The notes beneath the pieces were generated by a model. The model worked only from the letters and a program-made list of their open reading frames with translations. It did not search any database and was not told the DNA's origin. DNA of 63,559 nt from positions 1 to 63,559 of the IMG/VR virus record IMGVR_UViG_3300036979_000143; one strand, 5' to 3'. The position numbers were made by a program, and so were the translations under genes. Positions 35,411-45,771 of this stretch are shown here, piece after piece (within the stretch, counting starts at the first letter, position 1; each line of letters begins with the position of its first letter). This stretch comes from a virus. Taxonomy: Duplodnaviria; Caudoviricetes.

Positions 35411-36716
35411 CTGAAGGGGATTCTTCGTACATATTCAACCCTAGTTCTTCCAGTTTGCTGATCTGCTCTTTGATGTTTTCGATCGCGCCAAGTTTCGCCT
35501 CCAGATAATACCCGGTCACTTGCTCGGCATTGTCAACGGCATTATCTAACGCCTCTTCCATGGTATTCCCAAGCCCAATGACAGCACCGCATTCAGGAAG
35601 CCCAACGGCTTGAGGAATAGCATAATATGTATCATTGATCTTGGTTGCGTTGCGCAGCTTCACCATATCGCGGATTTCGTCCGGGAACTCAATCGGTTGC
35701 CACCCCTTATCTGCCCATGAGCTATGCAACATGATCTCGGCACCGAATTTAGCAGTAGCTTCAGGCTCAACCACGATGCCATTTGCTCCGTACCAAATGC
35801 AGTCAGCAAGGTTAGCGTATTGCTCTTGATAAAGCTCGTTGGGAGGCGAGGGAGCGCGAGCGCAAAGGTCGATCATGTAAGGCTCCATGTCCTTGCCAAC
35901 GCGAACCTCCGTACTGACGAATCCACGCCAGTTGTAGGCCGCAAAAACGGGTTTCATTCGCTCGTTGAAGCGAGTCACGACCTCGGGAAGCTCGTCGTAG
36001 CGTTTGAAAATGGAGGCAAACCCTACGTCTTTGATTTCGATGCCGCTGATAAGGTGTTCAGGATATTTGCACTCGCCTTCTGGAGTAGTGATTGCCCAGC
36101 AGTCAGTTCCTACCTCGACGCGATCGGGCAGCGCAGCTTCTACGCAAAATTCAATGATATGTTTGAATGCCCCTAGTTGGCTTTCAACCTCATCCAGCTT
36201 CGGCTCAACAGACTTATAGTTAGGGCTGTGGAACGTCTCAAAAGTGCCACGATACTTGTCAATCTTGACATAGACGTTCTCGTTTTCTTTCAAAAATGCA
36301 CGTAGGTTAGCCATGCCTTTGATGTGCCAGTATTTCCCTACTGGCATATCTAAAGCCTTCAAAATATCTTTCATTCCCTCGCGTTGAAGCTCAAGGCACT
36401 CTCCAACCCGGCTTCCCCATACAACTTTGCCCATTTTCTCAAGCATGGTTTGTTCCCATCCCATGTAGATGTCAGGAAAGCAGAAAAGGTCAACCTCATC
36501 GAAATGAGGCCCATAAATACTATCTACTACGAATAGGTTCTGATCCTCAAAACCATGCCCGATGTAGGCTAGGTTCATTTTGGCGAACGCCGACTCCCAA
36601 GGAACGTAGTAGTAAACTTTCTTGTATGTTTTGGCGAGTTTTAGGGCAAGTTCGATAAACAATCCGTTATCGACTACTAGCGCGACTACATCTTTTGGGT
36701 CTTTTGGTTCAGGCAT
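35400..36716 (-). CDS. ATP-grasp ligase (PurD-like fold)
   Basis: VWGS..LELQR..MKDIL..LDMP, VYVK, EVG and GFVSTEV...YMIDLCAR motifs. Confidence 0.7.
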   Translation of the reverse strand: MPEPKDPKDVVALVVDNGLFIELALKLAKTYKKVYYYVPWESAFAKMNLAYIGHGFEDQNLFVVDSIYGPHFDEVDLFCFPDIYMGWEQTMLEKMGKVVWGSRVGECLELQREGMKDILKALDMPVGKYWHIKGMANLRAFLKENENVYVKIDKYRGTFETFHSPNYKSVEPKLDEVESQLGAFKHIIEFCVEAALPDRVEVGTDCWAITTPEGECKYPEHLISGIEIKDVGFASIFKRYDELPEVVTRFNERMKPVFAAYNWRGFVSTEVRVGKDMEPYMIDLCARAPSPPNELYQEQYANLADCIWYGANGIVVEPEATAKFGAEIMLHSSWADKGWQPIEFPDEIRDMVKLRNATKINDTYYAIPQAVGLPECGAVIGLGNTMEEALDNAVDNAEQVTGYYLEAKLGAIENIKEQISKLEELGLNMYEESPSDED

Positions 36717-36760
36717 AACAAATGTACAGTTATTGAGTGAAATTATTTTTGCAAGTCAGT

Positions 36761-39700
36761 TTAGGCTGTTTGAGTGTTTTGTTGCTGCGTTGTCATCGCT
36801 TGAGGTTGTCCTTTTTCAAGGATTGTTTTGCGCATTTCAGGAGTGATCTTAACTTTCCAGATTTTGCTTTGCTTCCCTGCTTCGCCACCAGAATTGATAT
36901 GATCCCAAGCAAGATCAGTTGCAAGCTCCTGAACCCTATTGAAGAATTCCATTTCATTTGCATCCTCATCTAACCCTTCTTGTTTAGCTTTTTCTTCGGC
37001 TTGCTCCATGAATAAATCCTGCAAGTGTTGAGGAAGATCAACTGGTTCCATGTGTTTGTGTGTTGAGGCAGAAGTAGTTTTTGATTGTTCGACTTTTCCT
37101 CCCCATTTTTTCACATACTTTTCAACTTCTTTTGGCAATATTTGGTCGTAGAATCCTTTCATTCCCTCGCCTCCTACCTTGATGTCTTGTCCCTCAAGAA
37201 CCTTGTCGGAAACTCCTTTTGGTGTTGGTTTTCCCCAATCCTGTTCAAGAAGTTTTTTTGCAGTCTCTTTACCGATGTAATCTTCTATTTCAGATTCATC
37301 TTTAATGTCTTTGTCCATTACTCTTCCGCCAGATTTACCCCAAGCAGAAAGTTGCAAAGATCCGTCTCCTTTCTTCAGCAAAACAATCTGTTCAACTTCT
37401 TTGCTCAAATCATAGCGTTCAGCTTGAACTTCTCCGCTTGTCCAACCGATCCAATCTTTTCCTTGGTCAACTGCATCACGCAAGGCTCTTTTGAAAAGCT
37501 GAATATTCCAATCCTTTCGGAAGGGTGCATCGGGAACGCTATTTGGCTTATCTTTATGTAGCTGGACAACTCTTTGAATTGCTTCTTCTGCTGATTTTGA
37601 TTTTGTATCGCCTGTCAAAAGAGCAACATTGTTTGCATCTCTTACTTGCCACGCTTGTCCGTCAATACCGGACGGACGCAATGTTGCAGTCCATCCTGTT
37701 GTGTCGATTGGTTTTTCCTCTCCTTTATACCCTTGTTTCCTTCCTGCTTGATGCCTGTCAGACTGAAGTTCCTCAATGAAAAGACCATTCCCATCTGCAT
37801 CAGAACGCTCATTCAGCCTCATGTGGGCTACATAGTTCGGGATGTCGGTAAAATGAGGGGACTTATATTTCGGTTTTGCACCTCCTGATGAAACTGAGTT
37901 GTTGGCGTGTCTTGCGTGGCCCTCTGCTATTTCTTGCGATCCATATGCTCCAACAATATCGCCATTAGAACCAATAACTTGCCACCCTTCACCTACGGGA
38001 TAAACAGCGTATTTCACGTTTGATAAATCAACATTATCGCTAGGCATCGTCATAACTACCTCGCGATAGTTTTTCCCTTCTGGCATCGTGTATTTTTGGA
38101 ATTTTGGATCTAGGTACAAGTTTCTACTTTCCTCTTTAAGTTTTAGGATTTCATCAGAACGATCAAAAAGCCTTTTATATTCTTCCTCATATTTTTTGGC
38201 GGCATCATAATTTCCGTCTTTACTTGCTTGTGATGATTTTTCTGACAATTCAGTTCTTTTCTTCATGTTTTCGATGCCTTCCAATCTCAAAGCCTCATAC
38301 TCATCCCTAGCTTTTCTCGCAGAAGCCTCGCCTCGCTCAACATCCTTGAACTGAATCTGGCCTTCACTCTTCAAATAATCAAGAACCTCTTGTTTCGTGA
38401 CATTTTTCTTGCCTTCTAGGAATCCTTCAAGATTAGACCATTTTATCTCATCCGGCTTCACTCCTGATCCTTTAGCGGGATCAACAATAGCCATGATTTG
38501 CTGAACTGATGCTTTATTAGGCATCTTTTCGTCTATGGTTTTTTGCAACTGCGAGTAGAATCCAGCTTCCGAAGTAGGATATTTTTGAGCAAATTCAGGA
38601 GAGAAATTTGCCCTCATCGGTTGTAATTCACCAATAGGAGGGAATGGGGAACTGATGCTTGTATCTGAAACTAACTGTTTCCATTTTCCATTTTTGTCTT
38701 TATATTCCAACAAATTAGGAGGGATGTTCCCTCTTCCTTGAAGTAAAACTTCCCCTGTTCCTTCATCAAACTGAATTCCTTGTTCATTTTCAGGATATTT
38801 TCCAAACAAATCTATAAGTTTTTGCTTATTTATTCTAAAAAGATTTCCAGAGTCTAGTGAAGAATAGTATTCTGTATTTTCAGGAGTATTTCCCATATAA
38901 ACCCCTTCTCCAGAATAACCTTCTTCAGAAGGTCTAATTCCTTCCTTTATGAAATCTTTTGGATTTGCGTCTGTTAAATGATAAACATAAGGGTCCGTTG
39001 TCCCAAATGTTTGTTTTTCTCCTGTTTTTAACACTTCTATCTGATTAGTATCAAAAACCAAATAAGAATCATTTCCTTCATTTTCAATTTGGTTTTTGTA
39101 AATTAAACCATCGTACCCTTCTTTTTTGGCTTTTGAAATTTCTTCTTTCCAATCGTTGATTACATCACGAACACGTTTGAAGTTTCCTACAAGATTCGCT
39201 TTTGTATAATTGCCTATACTTTCAATTTTTTCAGTAGAATCAATTCCGTATTGTTTGTTTATTGTTTGATTTGCGTTTAGTTCTGCCTGTTTTTTTGTCC
39301 GAAACCCGGAATCTGTAAAATCTCTGCTTTCTTGGGTTTCTGTTGCCCAATGCCAATTTCCTGAATCATCTTTATATGTTTCATACTCTGTTTTTGCTTT
39401 TTTTCTTTCTTCTGCGGATGTTTTTGTTCCAAAATGAATTCCTCCTTCAGTGTTTGCCGGTTTTTGAACATTTGCATCATACGAACCATAATGCCAAACT
39501 GGTCCTATTTTCAGTTTGTTGCCATCAACAATCTCAACTGATACAGGAGCTTCAGGGGTGAATTGCGCTCCAAATGACTGTTTTTCTCCGCTGGGAGCGA
39601 AAGACGACCCCATCTGACCGGAATCCTTGCCTTGAATGGCATTTATTCCTCTCAGGATAGGGCTAGAAATCGTCGGAGCGGTTTCCCTTGAAGGTTTTGC

Positions 39701-42700
39701 TGGTTTCATCTCCAAAGCAGCCTCCGGGTCGATTTGGGCCTCTGGCATGGCATTGAAAATGGATTTGCCGTATTCAAAAGGATACTTTGTTCCGTTGCTT
39801 TGCTCGTAATGAGAATATGCGTCAAGCCTCCTACTGCGGATCAAAGACATCGGATCACTACTACGGAAATCGGCTTTCTCGTCCTTTGTCATCTGCGAAC
39901 GCTTGATTTTAGGAAGCGTTATGACAACCGGGTTGAAGTTCATCGGCCTAGCCTCGTCTTTCGGTGGCTTTACGTTCAAAAATGCGTCATAAACATAACG
40001 CATCTGCATCGCCTTGTTGAAATCCTCATCAAGATTGCGATGGCGAGTCTGCGCGGCTTGCTCGGAAAGAGGGTCCATCTCGGCAGGATCATTCTTCCAG
40101 TTCTCCATGTATTTGCTTAAACCTTTAAGGAACTCATTCGGATCGTAGCTCCATGGTTTCAACACTTCTGGCTGATACTTAAGAATCAGGTTAGCTTTGT
40201 CCCTTGCTCCGGTTACGTTGAACTCATTAACCAAGAAATGACCATCTTTGCTGAATGACAAAGAGATAGGTTTGCTTTGAACGATCTTCGGTGAGAACGG
40301 CTTATATTTTCCAGTAGAAGAAAGCCTGCTTGCGTACATTCCGATCGTTGGCGTTCCATCTCCACGATCTATAATGTCGCGAGCCATAGCGATTTTCTCT
40401 TTAATAGAAAGGGGAACGATGCTTTCTGGCAGATTTAGAATCTCTGTTATCTGATTTTGCGTAAGTTTCCCTCGGAGGCTTAAATTGTCCGCAGAGAATG
40501 GCCGCATCGCTTCAGGATTGTCCTGATCGTGCTTCAGGATGGCATCACGAATCATCTGCGACCTAGCCTGAATCAACGCTTTGTATGCGTTTTTATCCCT
40601 TTCTACTGGCTTGCCTTTCTCGTCATAAACGATTTGTGAAACAACCCTCATCGACCCGCCTTCAGGGATCATTTGAGTCGTTAGCTCCTCTGGCATCTGG
40701 CCGTAGCCTTTAACGCGAACAGGCTTGCGCTCTGCATCGTCACTAGATTTCCATTCGCCTTCAGCGGCTTCCGGGTTGGTAATCAGGTGGCGATAGACAA
40801 CATTTCCGTCTGCATCAACCACTTCACCGATCTTGGTTGTTTTGAACTTCCCGTCATCTTTGGCAAACTCTTCAGCCAATGCCCGGTTGTTTTTGATGTC
40901 GTTCGGCTTGATTTCAGGAGCAATGTCAGATCCGTCATGCGGCGTCAGAACTCCGTTGAACTCGTTTAGGGCGATGTTGTTCCTGCGAACATGAGCAAGC
41001 ATTTCTGGCGTAAATGTCGCGCCAGTAAGAGCAGAAGTGATAAATGGATCTTTGACTCCCAAGAACGATCCTTTTTTGATTACTTTTGCGAGTCGGTTGT
41101 TTTCATTGCTGACCAATGCCCAATCAATGATGTTTTGCAATGGGCTATTGAGCCTAGCCATACCTTTGCCTCCAACTTGATTCGCGCCAAGCCCAGCGGC
41201 ATTTGCCTCGGCAAGAATTTCTTCCTGCATATACGAAGCTATTTTCAAGGGATCGTAATCTTGTTTCTGGTAGTCCCAAAGATTGTTGTTTTTCGCGAAC
41301 TCCTCTTTTTCTGGTGCGGTAATTCTAGTTTTAAGATAGTTTTTTAGGAACATCTCGTTAAGCATCTCCGTGGAGTACGCTCCTTCACTTCCGGGAACAA
41401 CGCTTCCATCTGGAAGATAAACCTTTTTACCGAAAAGTTTCTCTCTCAATGGTTGGGTAACATCTCTGTATTCTTTGAAGCCTTGTGCAACATGATCTAT
41501 TTCATGGGTGAGAACCCATGCCAAAGGCCTGCCAGTAACGGACTGCTTATTGCGGATTTTGTCCATGTTGATGACGGCTGTATCGCGCATCGGGTCAAAT
41601 ATGACTCCTTGCGCTTTCGGGCCTGCCATTTCTCCGCTTGGGAGTTTAACCTGACCGCTTGCGGAGTATCTGGCTCCTGCATTGTTGGCAAAGAACTGAG
41701 CAGTTGCCTTATCCATACCGGGATTCACATCCATTAGTTTTTGAGTAATCTCATCTTTACTCATCAAGCGAATGTTAAAATTCCTGCCGGGAGAAATAGG
41801 CCCATTGATGCGCCGATCAGCACTGGAAAGCACACCAATCACCTGACGGGTGTATTCCTGACGAGTGGCAACGGATGCCCTCTGGTTCATTTCGTAAATG
41901 CCTTTGTTTTTGGTAACTTCGTCTGCCGCTTTCAGGGTTTCTGGCGATTCGGGATTCTTGCTGTGCAATTCAGCGTAATTTTGCGTTGATTCGTCTAATT
42001 TTGCTTTTGAATCAGCAATTACTTCATCCCAACTTGCGGCAGATTCTAGTTTTGCCCTGTCTCCTTCAGGCAAACGGCTCATTAGCTTGTAATTCTCGTA
42101 ATCCTTCTGTTTGCGGTAACGCTGTGCCTCATATGGGCTTTTGCCAGTAGCTTTAGTGATTGCTCCGTGCGAGTAAGCAAAAATTGCTCCGTTTGCCAAA
42201 GTTTCGCCAACTCCTTCTGCGTCTTGATCGTTATACACTCCCAAAGCGATTCCAAGTGGAACTGTTTCAGCACCAGTCCTTATGAAATCTTTGATGTTAT
42301 TAGCAGTCCAGTTGATTACTGACTCATTCAGGAATGGCAACTTGCGAGACGGGAAATAGCTTATTGCTTTCGTGGCAAGCGAAGATTCAGGAGTTGCCAT
42401 CGCAACCGAGAACATGTCCCCCGGTGCGCCAGCCAGCGTTCTCCTAGCCTTTGCCAGATCAGCAACTACACGAGGAGCATACAGCGTAGATGCAAGCCCA
42501 ATTCCTTTGAGAATGCCACCAACCCTGTCCTCTGGTTCGGCAAGAGCACCAACACCAGCACCTCCTAGCTCCAAACTGGCAAGCGGAAGGTATGCTTTTA
42601 CCATCGGCCTGTAAAACTCTGGAACAGATTCAAGAGCCTGTTCTAGTTTTTGACCACCTTTGCTGATAGAATCAGCAACAATTTGCGCGTATTTTTCAAC

Positions 42701-43891
42701 AGGGCCAATGTCTCCTTTCTTTTTGGCTCTATCTGCGAATGCTAGTGCTTCCTTTGATTGTGTTGCCGCATTGGCAGCGGACTCCTCTGCGGCTGTTGGT
42801 GCCTTGAACCCTTTGCCTGCAAATTTAATAACTTTTCCTGCTCCCTCAAATGCTTTAATCGCCATCGAGAACTCATTACCAGCAGGCACGACCAACCCTG
42901 TCGCGAACAATTCCTCTTCAGTAGGAGCAGTTTTATTCTGATAAGCTATAGCTCGGTTGATGTAGTCTTGAGAAAGATGTTCGTCTTGCTGGTTTTTATA
43001 TTGAACAGCCTGCTCCCTATTCCAATCCGGGTGTTTGGCTAGGATTTGATCTACGCTTGCAGACAAATTACTCACTATGGCTCGTAAAGCGTTCTGCGTC
43101 ACAGGCCTGCTTGCGTCTATAGCCCTAGCGGCAACATCTGGATTCTCCTCGTCGTATTGAGCGTTGTGTGTGTTGAAATACTCGCGATCACGAAAGTTCT
43201 TCTTCGCCTCCTCCTCCGTTTTTAGTCCCATAGACACAAGGGCTTGGTCAGCGGAAGTCAACCCTCGCTCTGCGATGTTTTTGCCTTGCCTCCACAAATG
43301 TTCAAACGTATTGGCAACTGATTCAGGGAATGCTTTGATTGCCCTGATAGCTTTCTCTTCGCCACCCGGTGCCGCAGTCATTCTGGCAGGATTTACGGAC
43401 GCAACATCGGAAATTATTTGACCAAATCCAGTGGCGATAGATCCGACCATCGCTGGCGCACCTCCAACGGCAGACTCTATTGCTTTGCTGGCAGCTTCGT
43501 TTAATGATTGATTTTTTCTGTGAGCATAAAGGTAATCAATTTGCTCTGGCGTTTTCTCAAACCATTGGGGAAATTTCTTGATCTCTTCAGGGTCAGTTTC
43601 TGATTTAGCAACATTCGCTAGTTCTTCGGAAACATTTTGAAACCCTGACTGCTGAAGCGTCTCGCCAATAGAAGGTGGTTTCTTTTCGGCTACCTCTGGA
43701 GTGCCTTTTTGTGCAGATTGAATGAGTTGATCCATCGCCTGCAAATCAGGGTCATTCACTTGGCTTAATTCTGAAGCTGGTTTTACAATCGGTTCTTTTT
43801 TTGTTCCAGTTGCAGAAGATGCAGACGACAAAAGTTGATCCATGAAAGCAAGATCATCTTCCTTTTGTGGGTTATTAATTCCTAGAGCCAT
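36761..43891 (-). CDS. Giant polyvalent virion/ejection protein (HExxH domain, two ART-like domains, conserved C-terminal domain)
   Basis: THEIDH...EEILAE; HYGS..GIHFGT..GYDGLIY..YLVF; YHLT..GVYM..GEV; IEELQSD..PDAPF..GMKGFYD. Confidence 0.75.
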   Translation of the reverse strand: MALGINNPQKEDDLAFMDQLLSSASSATGTKKEPIVKPASELSQVNDPDLQAMDQLIQSAQKGTPEVAEKKPPSIGETLQQSGFQNVSEELANVAKSETDPEEIKKFPQWFEKTPEQIDYLYAHRKNQSLNEAASKAIESAVGGAPAMVGSIATGFGQIISDVASVNPARMTAAPGGEEKAIRAIKAFPESVANTFEHLWRQGKNIAERGLTSADQALVSMGLKTEEEAKKNFRDREYFNTHNAQYDEENPDVAARAIDASRPVTQNALRAIVSNLSASVDQILAKHPDWNREQAVQYKNQQDEHLSQDYINRAIAYQNKTAPTEEELFATGLVVPAGNEFSMAIKAFEGAGKVIKFAGKGFKAPTAAEESAANAATQSKEALAFADRAKKKGDIGPVEKYAQIVADSISKGGQKLEQALESVPEFYRPMVKAYLPLASLELGGAGVGALAEPEDRVGGILKGIGLASTLYAPRVVADLAKARRTLAGAPGDMFSVAMATPESSLATKAISYFPSRKLPFLNESVINWTANNIKDFIRTGAETVPLGIALGVYNDQDAEGVGETLANGAIFAYSHGAITKATGKSPYEAQRYRKQKDYENYKLMSRLPEGDRAKLESAASWDEVIADSKAKLDESTQNYAELHSKNPESPETLKAADEVTKNKGIYEMNQRASVATRQEYTRQVIGVLSSADRRINGPISPGRNFNIRLMSKDEITQKLMDVNPGMDKATAQFFANNAGARYSASGQVKLPSGEMAGPKAQGVIFDPMRDTAVINMDKIRNKQSVTGRPLAWVLTHEIDHVAQGFKEYRDVTQPLREKLFGKKVYLPDGSVVPGSEGAYSTEMLNEMFLKNYLKTRITAPEKEEFAKNNNLWDYQKQDYDPLKIASYMQEEILAEANAAGLGANQVGGKGMARLNSPLQNIIDWALVSNENNRLAKVIKKGSFLGVKDPFITSALTGATFTPEMLAHVRRNNIALNEFNGVLTPHDGSDIAPEIKPNDIKNNRALAEEFAKDDGKFKTTKIGEVVDADGNVVYRHLITNPEAAEGEWKSSDDAERKPVRVKGYGQMPEELTTQMIPEGGSMRVVSQIVYDEKGKPVERDKNAYKALIQARSQMIRDAILKHDQDNPEAMRPFSADNLSLRGKLTQNQITEILNLPESIVPLSIKEKIAMARDIIDRGDGTPTIGMYASRLSSTGKYKPFSPKIVQSKPISLSFSKDGHFLVNEFNVTGARDKANLILKYQPEVLKPWSYDPNEFLKGLSKYMENWKNDPAEMDPLSEQAAQTRHRNLDEDFNKAMQMRYVYDAFLNVKPPKDEARPMNFNPVVITLPKIKRSQMTKDEKADFRSSDPMSLIRSRRLDAYSHYEQSNGTKYPFEYGKSIFNAMPEAQIDPEAALEMKPAKPSRETAPTISSPILRGINAIQGKDSGQMGSSFAPSGEKQSFGAQFTPEAPVSVEIVDGNKLKIGPVWHYGSYDANVQKPANTEGGIHFGTKTSAEERKKAKTEYETYKDDSGNWHWATETQESRDFTDSGFRTKKQAELNANQTINKQYGIDSTEKIESIGNYTKANLVGNFKRVRDVINDWKEEISKAKKEGYDGLIYKNQIENEGNDSYLVFDTNQIEVLKTGEKQTFGTTDPYVYHLTDANPKDFIKEGIRPSEEGYSGEGVYMGNTPENTEYYSSLDSGNLFRINKQKLIDLFGKYPENEQGIQFDEGTGEVLLQGRGNIPPNLLEYKDKNGKWKQLVSDTSISSPFPPIGELQPMRANFSPEFAQKYPTSEAGFYSQLQKTIDEKMPNKASVQQIMAIVDPAKGSGVKPDEIKWSNLEGFLEGKKNVTKQEVLDYLKSEGQIQFKDVERGEASARKARDEYEALRLEGIENMKKRTELSEKSSQASKDGNYDAAKKYEEEYKRLFDRSDEILKLKEESRNLYLDPKFQKYTMPEGKNYREVVMTMPSDNVDLSNVKYAVYPVGEGWQVIGSNGDIVGAYGSQEIAEGHARHANNSVSSGGAKPKYKSPHFTDIPNYVAHMRLNERSDADGNGLFIEELQSDRHQAGRKQGYKGEEKPIDTTGWTATLRPSGIDGQAWQVRDANNVALLTGDTKSKSAEEAIQRVVQLHKDKPNSVPDAPFRKDWNIQLFKRALRDAVDQGKDWIGWTSGEVQAERYDLSKEVEQIVLLKKGDGSLQLSAWGKSGGRVMDKDIKDESEIEDYIGKETAKKLLEQDWGKPTPKGVSDKVLEGQDIKVGGEGMKGFYDQILPKEVEKYVKKWGGKVEQSKTTSASTHKHMEPVDLPQHLQDLFMEQAEEKAKQEGLDEDANEMEFFNRVQELATDLAWDHINSGGEAGKQSKIWKVKITPEMRKTILEKGQPQAMTTQQQNTQTA

Positions 43892-43896
43892 GCTAA

Positions 43897-45768
43897 TTAT
43901 CTCGGAACCAATTCAAATTGCGCGGAATCTCCTCCACCAAATCCCTCTGGAATGTTGATGTCGCGAATTTTTTTCATTCCAAGTAACGAACTATCTACAT
44001 CAGCCTCGTCCAAAAGTCTATCATGATATATTTTAGCTCTTTCTTTCAACGCCTGAATTTTTTTGTCTATAATATCAATTTCTTCAGGGCTGGATTGTGA
44101 TTTTTGAGCAATTAAAGCTGCCATTTCTTCCCTGCTTGATTTGATCCTTTCAAGAGCATCAGATTTTAGCATTACTTCAGTTTCTGGCGCGTGCCCTCCT
44201 GTGAAGTAATAAACTCCTGCTTTCTCCTCTGGAATTCCGGAAGACTTGAGGCGTTGTTTCGTAGCGGTTACTACCTTGTTCGCTGAATCAGCACCAATGT
44301 TGTAGTTTTCCGTCAACTCGCGAAGCATTTGATCGCGAACTGATTGCGGCAAGAATCCTCCACCCTCAATTTTTCCTCTGGTTTTTGTAAGGTACTTGTC
44401 TTTCAGGCTCATTGCATTCTCAATAAGATGAGCCTGTGAAACTGTGATTCTGCCACCGCTTTCGGCGCGACCGAAAGAGTCCAACATACTGACATCTGCG
44501 GCTCCTGACGCCTCGGGATGCAGTTTTGCGCTCTCGTAAGCAGAAAGGAACGGGGGAAGAAGGTCTTTCACTCCTCCCTTGCTCAAGAAATTGGCAACTG
44601 GTTTTTGCAACCCAAAAGCCCTAGCCTCCCTTAAAATAGCATTCTCAGTTCTGCTTTCAGCTTGTGATTTGGCGGTCATTTCCCTTGTTTTCTGCGCCTC
44701 CTCTCTCGTTTTTTGGGCTTCTTCCTTTGCGGCGCGCGCGGCAGGGTCGCTTTGCTTCCAAGGAATGATAAAAAGGCCAGATTTGTCAGGCTTCGGAGTG
44801 CCTTCCGCATACCAAATAGGATTACCCGACTGAGACTCAATATATTTCCTAGCTTCCTCGTATGAACGGAAAGCAGCTTTAGGAACACCGAATTTTGTTG
44901 GTTCGGCAGCAGGAGCAGAAACTGGAGGAATAGACTTCAAGGGCATCTCTGCCAATTGCTGTTGGATTTGAGTCATTTGCTCATTTGAAACGCCACCCAA
45001 CGTAGAAAGTGAAGCCGGGGGCTTTGCTTTTGCGAAACTTGGAATCGTTGCAGGAATGTCAATCGGTGAGGCTCCAGCAGATGTGCTTGATCCTAGATTT
45101 GCACGAACGCTCGACCAATCGACATTTGCCAGAGCATTTACAGCATTCTGGCCTAGCGGAGTTGGCGCAGTTTCCAAAGGAACAGGATAATTCAGATCCC
45201 CAAGAATCCTGTCTGTCTGGATCAGGTTGCTATCATTATTCAAATCTTCTGGAAGATTGATAGTTTCAAACGTATTTCCACCAACAGGAGCGTGACGCTC
45301 GTACCTATCTTGTGTTGGAAGCGTAGAGCTTGGTGTTTTAAGCGGTTGCGTAGCGGACAATGGCTGCTCCGTGTCCGTTGTTTCAGATGAGTCTCCACCC
45401 CAATTGGCAGGGATGACATTCTTTATCCTCTCCTGCGACAACCTTTCCAACTCCTTGTGGTGGCGCATCGTTTCAACCAATGTAGCATTCTTCTCCTCTT
45501 TAGCGGCTTTTAGTTTAATTACCTCTTTGGCAAGATCCCTCTGATCTTTCAGGTCTTGAAGTTTCTGCTCCCTAGCGGCTTTTACGCCAGTAAGAATGCC
45601 AGAAGCAATGTCTTTTGTTCCTGAAGCAATCCCTTGAGCCACATATTCCGGGTGCGTGTTCGCAACCACAAAAGGCGAGATCGGCCTAATTTGCGAAACA
45701 TCCAGCCCGCCAAGGGAAATTGGCTGAACACTAGCAAGCGGAGAAAATGGTTGGAATGAGAATGCCAT
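43897..45768 (-). CDS. Internal virion/ejection protein
   Basis: Helical and low-complexity; lies in the core-protein block. Confidence 0.6.
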   Translation of the reverse strand: MAFSFQPFSPLASVQPISLGGLDVSQIRPISPFVVANTHPEYVAQGIASGTKDIASGILTGVKAAREQKLQDLKDQRDLAKEVIKLKAAKEEKNATLVETMRHHKELERLSQERIKNVIPANWGGDSSETTDTEQPLSATQPLKTPSSTLPTQDRYERHAPVGGNTFETINLPEDLNNDSNLIQTDRILGDLNYPVPLETAPTPLGQNAVNALANVDWSSVRANLGSSTSAGASPIDIPATIPSFAKAKPPASLSTLGGVSNEQMTQIQQQLAEMPLKSIPPVSAPAAEPTKFGVPKAAFRSYEEARKYIESQSGNPIWYAEGTPKPDKSGLFIIPWKQSDPAARAAKEEAQKTREEAQKTREMTAKSQAESRTENAILREARAFGLQKPVANFLSKGGVKDLLPPFLSAYESAKLHPEASGAADVSMLDSFGRAESGGRITVSQAHLIENAMSLKDKYLTKTRGKIEGGGFLPQSVRDQMLRELTENYNIGADSANKVVTATKQRLKSSGIPEEKAGVYYFTGGHAPETEVMLKSDALERIKSSREEMAALIAQKSQSSPEEIDIIDKKIQALKERAKIYHDRLLDEADVDSSLLGMKKIRDINIPEGFGGGDSAQFELVPR

Positions 45769-45771
45769 GTG

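Noticed and set aside
35400-36716. purD auxiliary metabolic gene
   Set aside because: Only fold-level resemblance; the PurD GSGGREH motif is absent and there are no other purine genes
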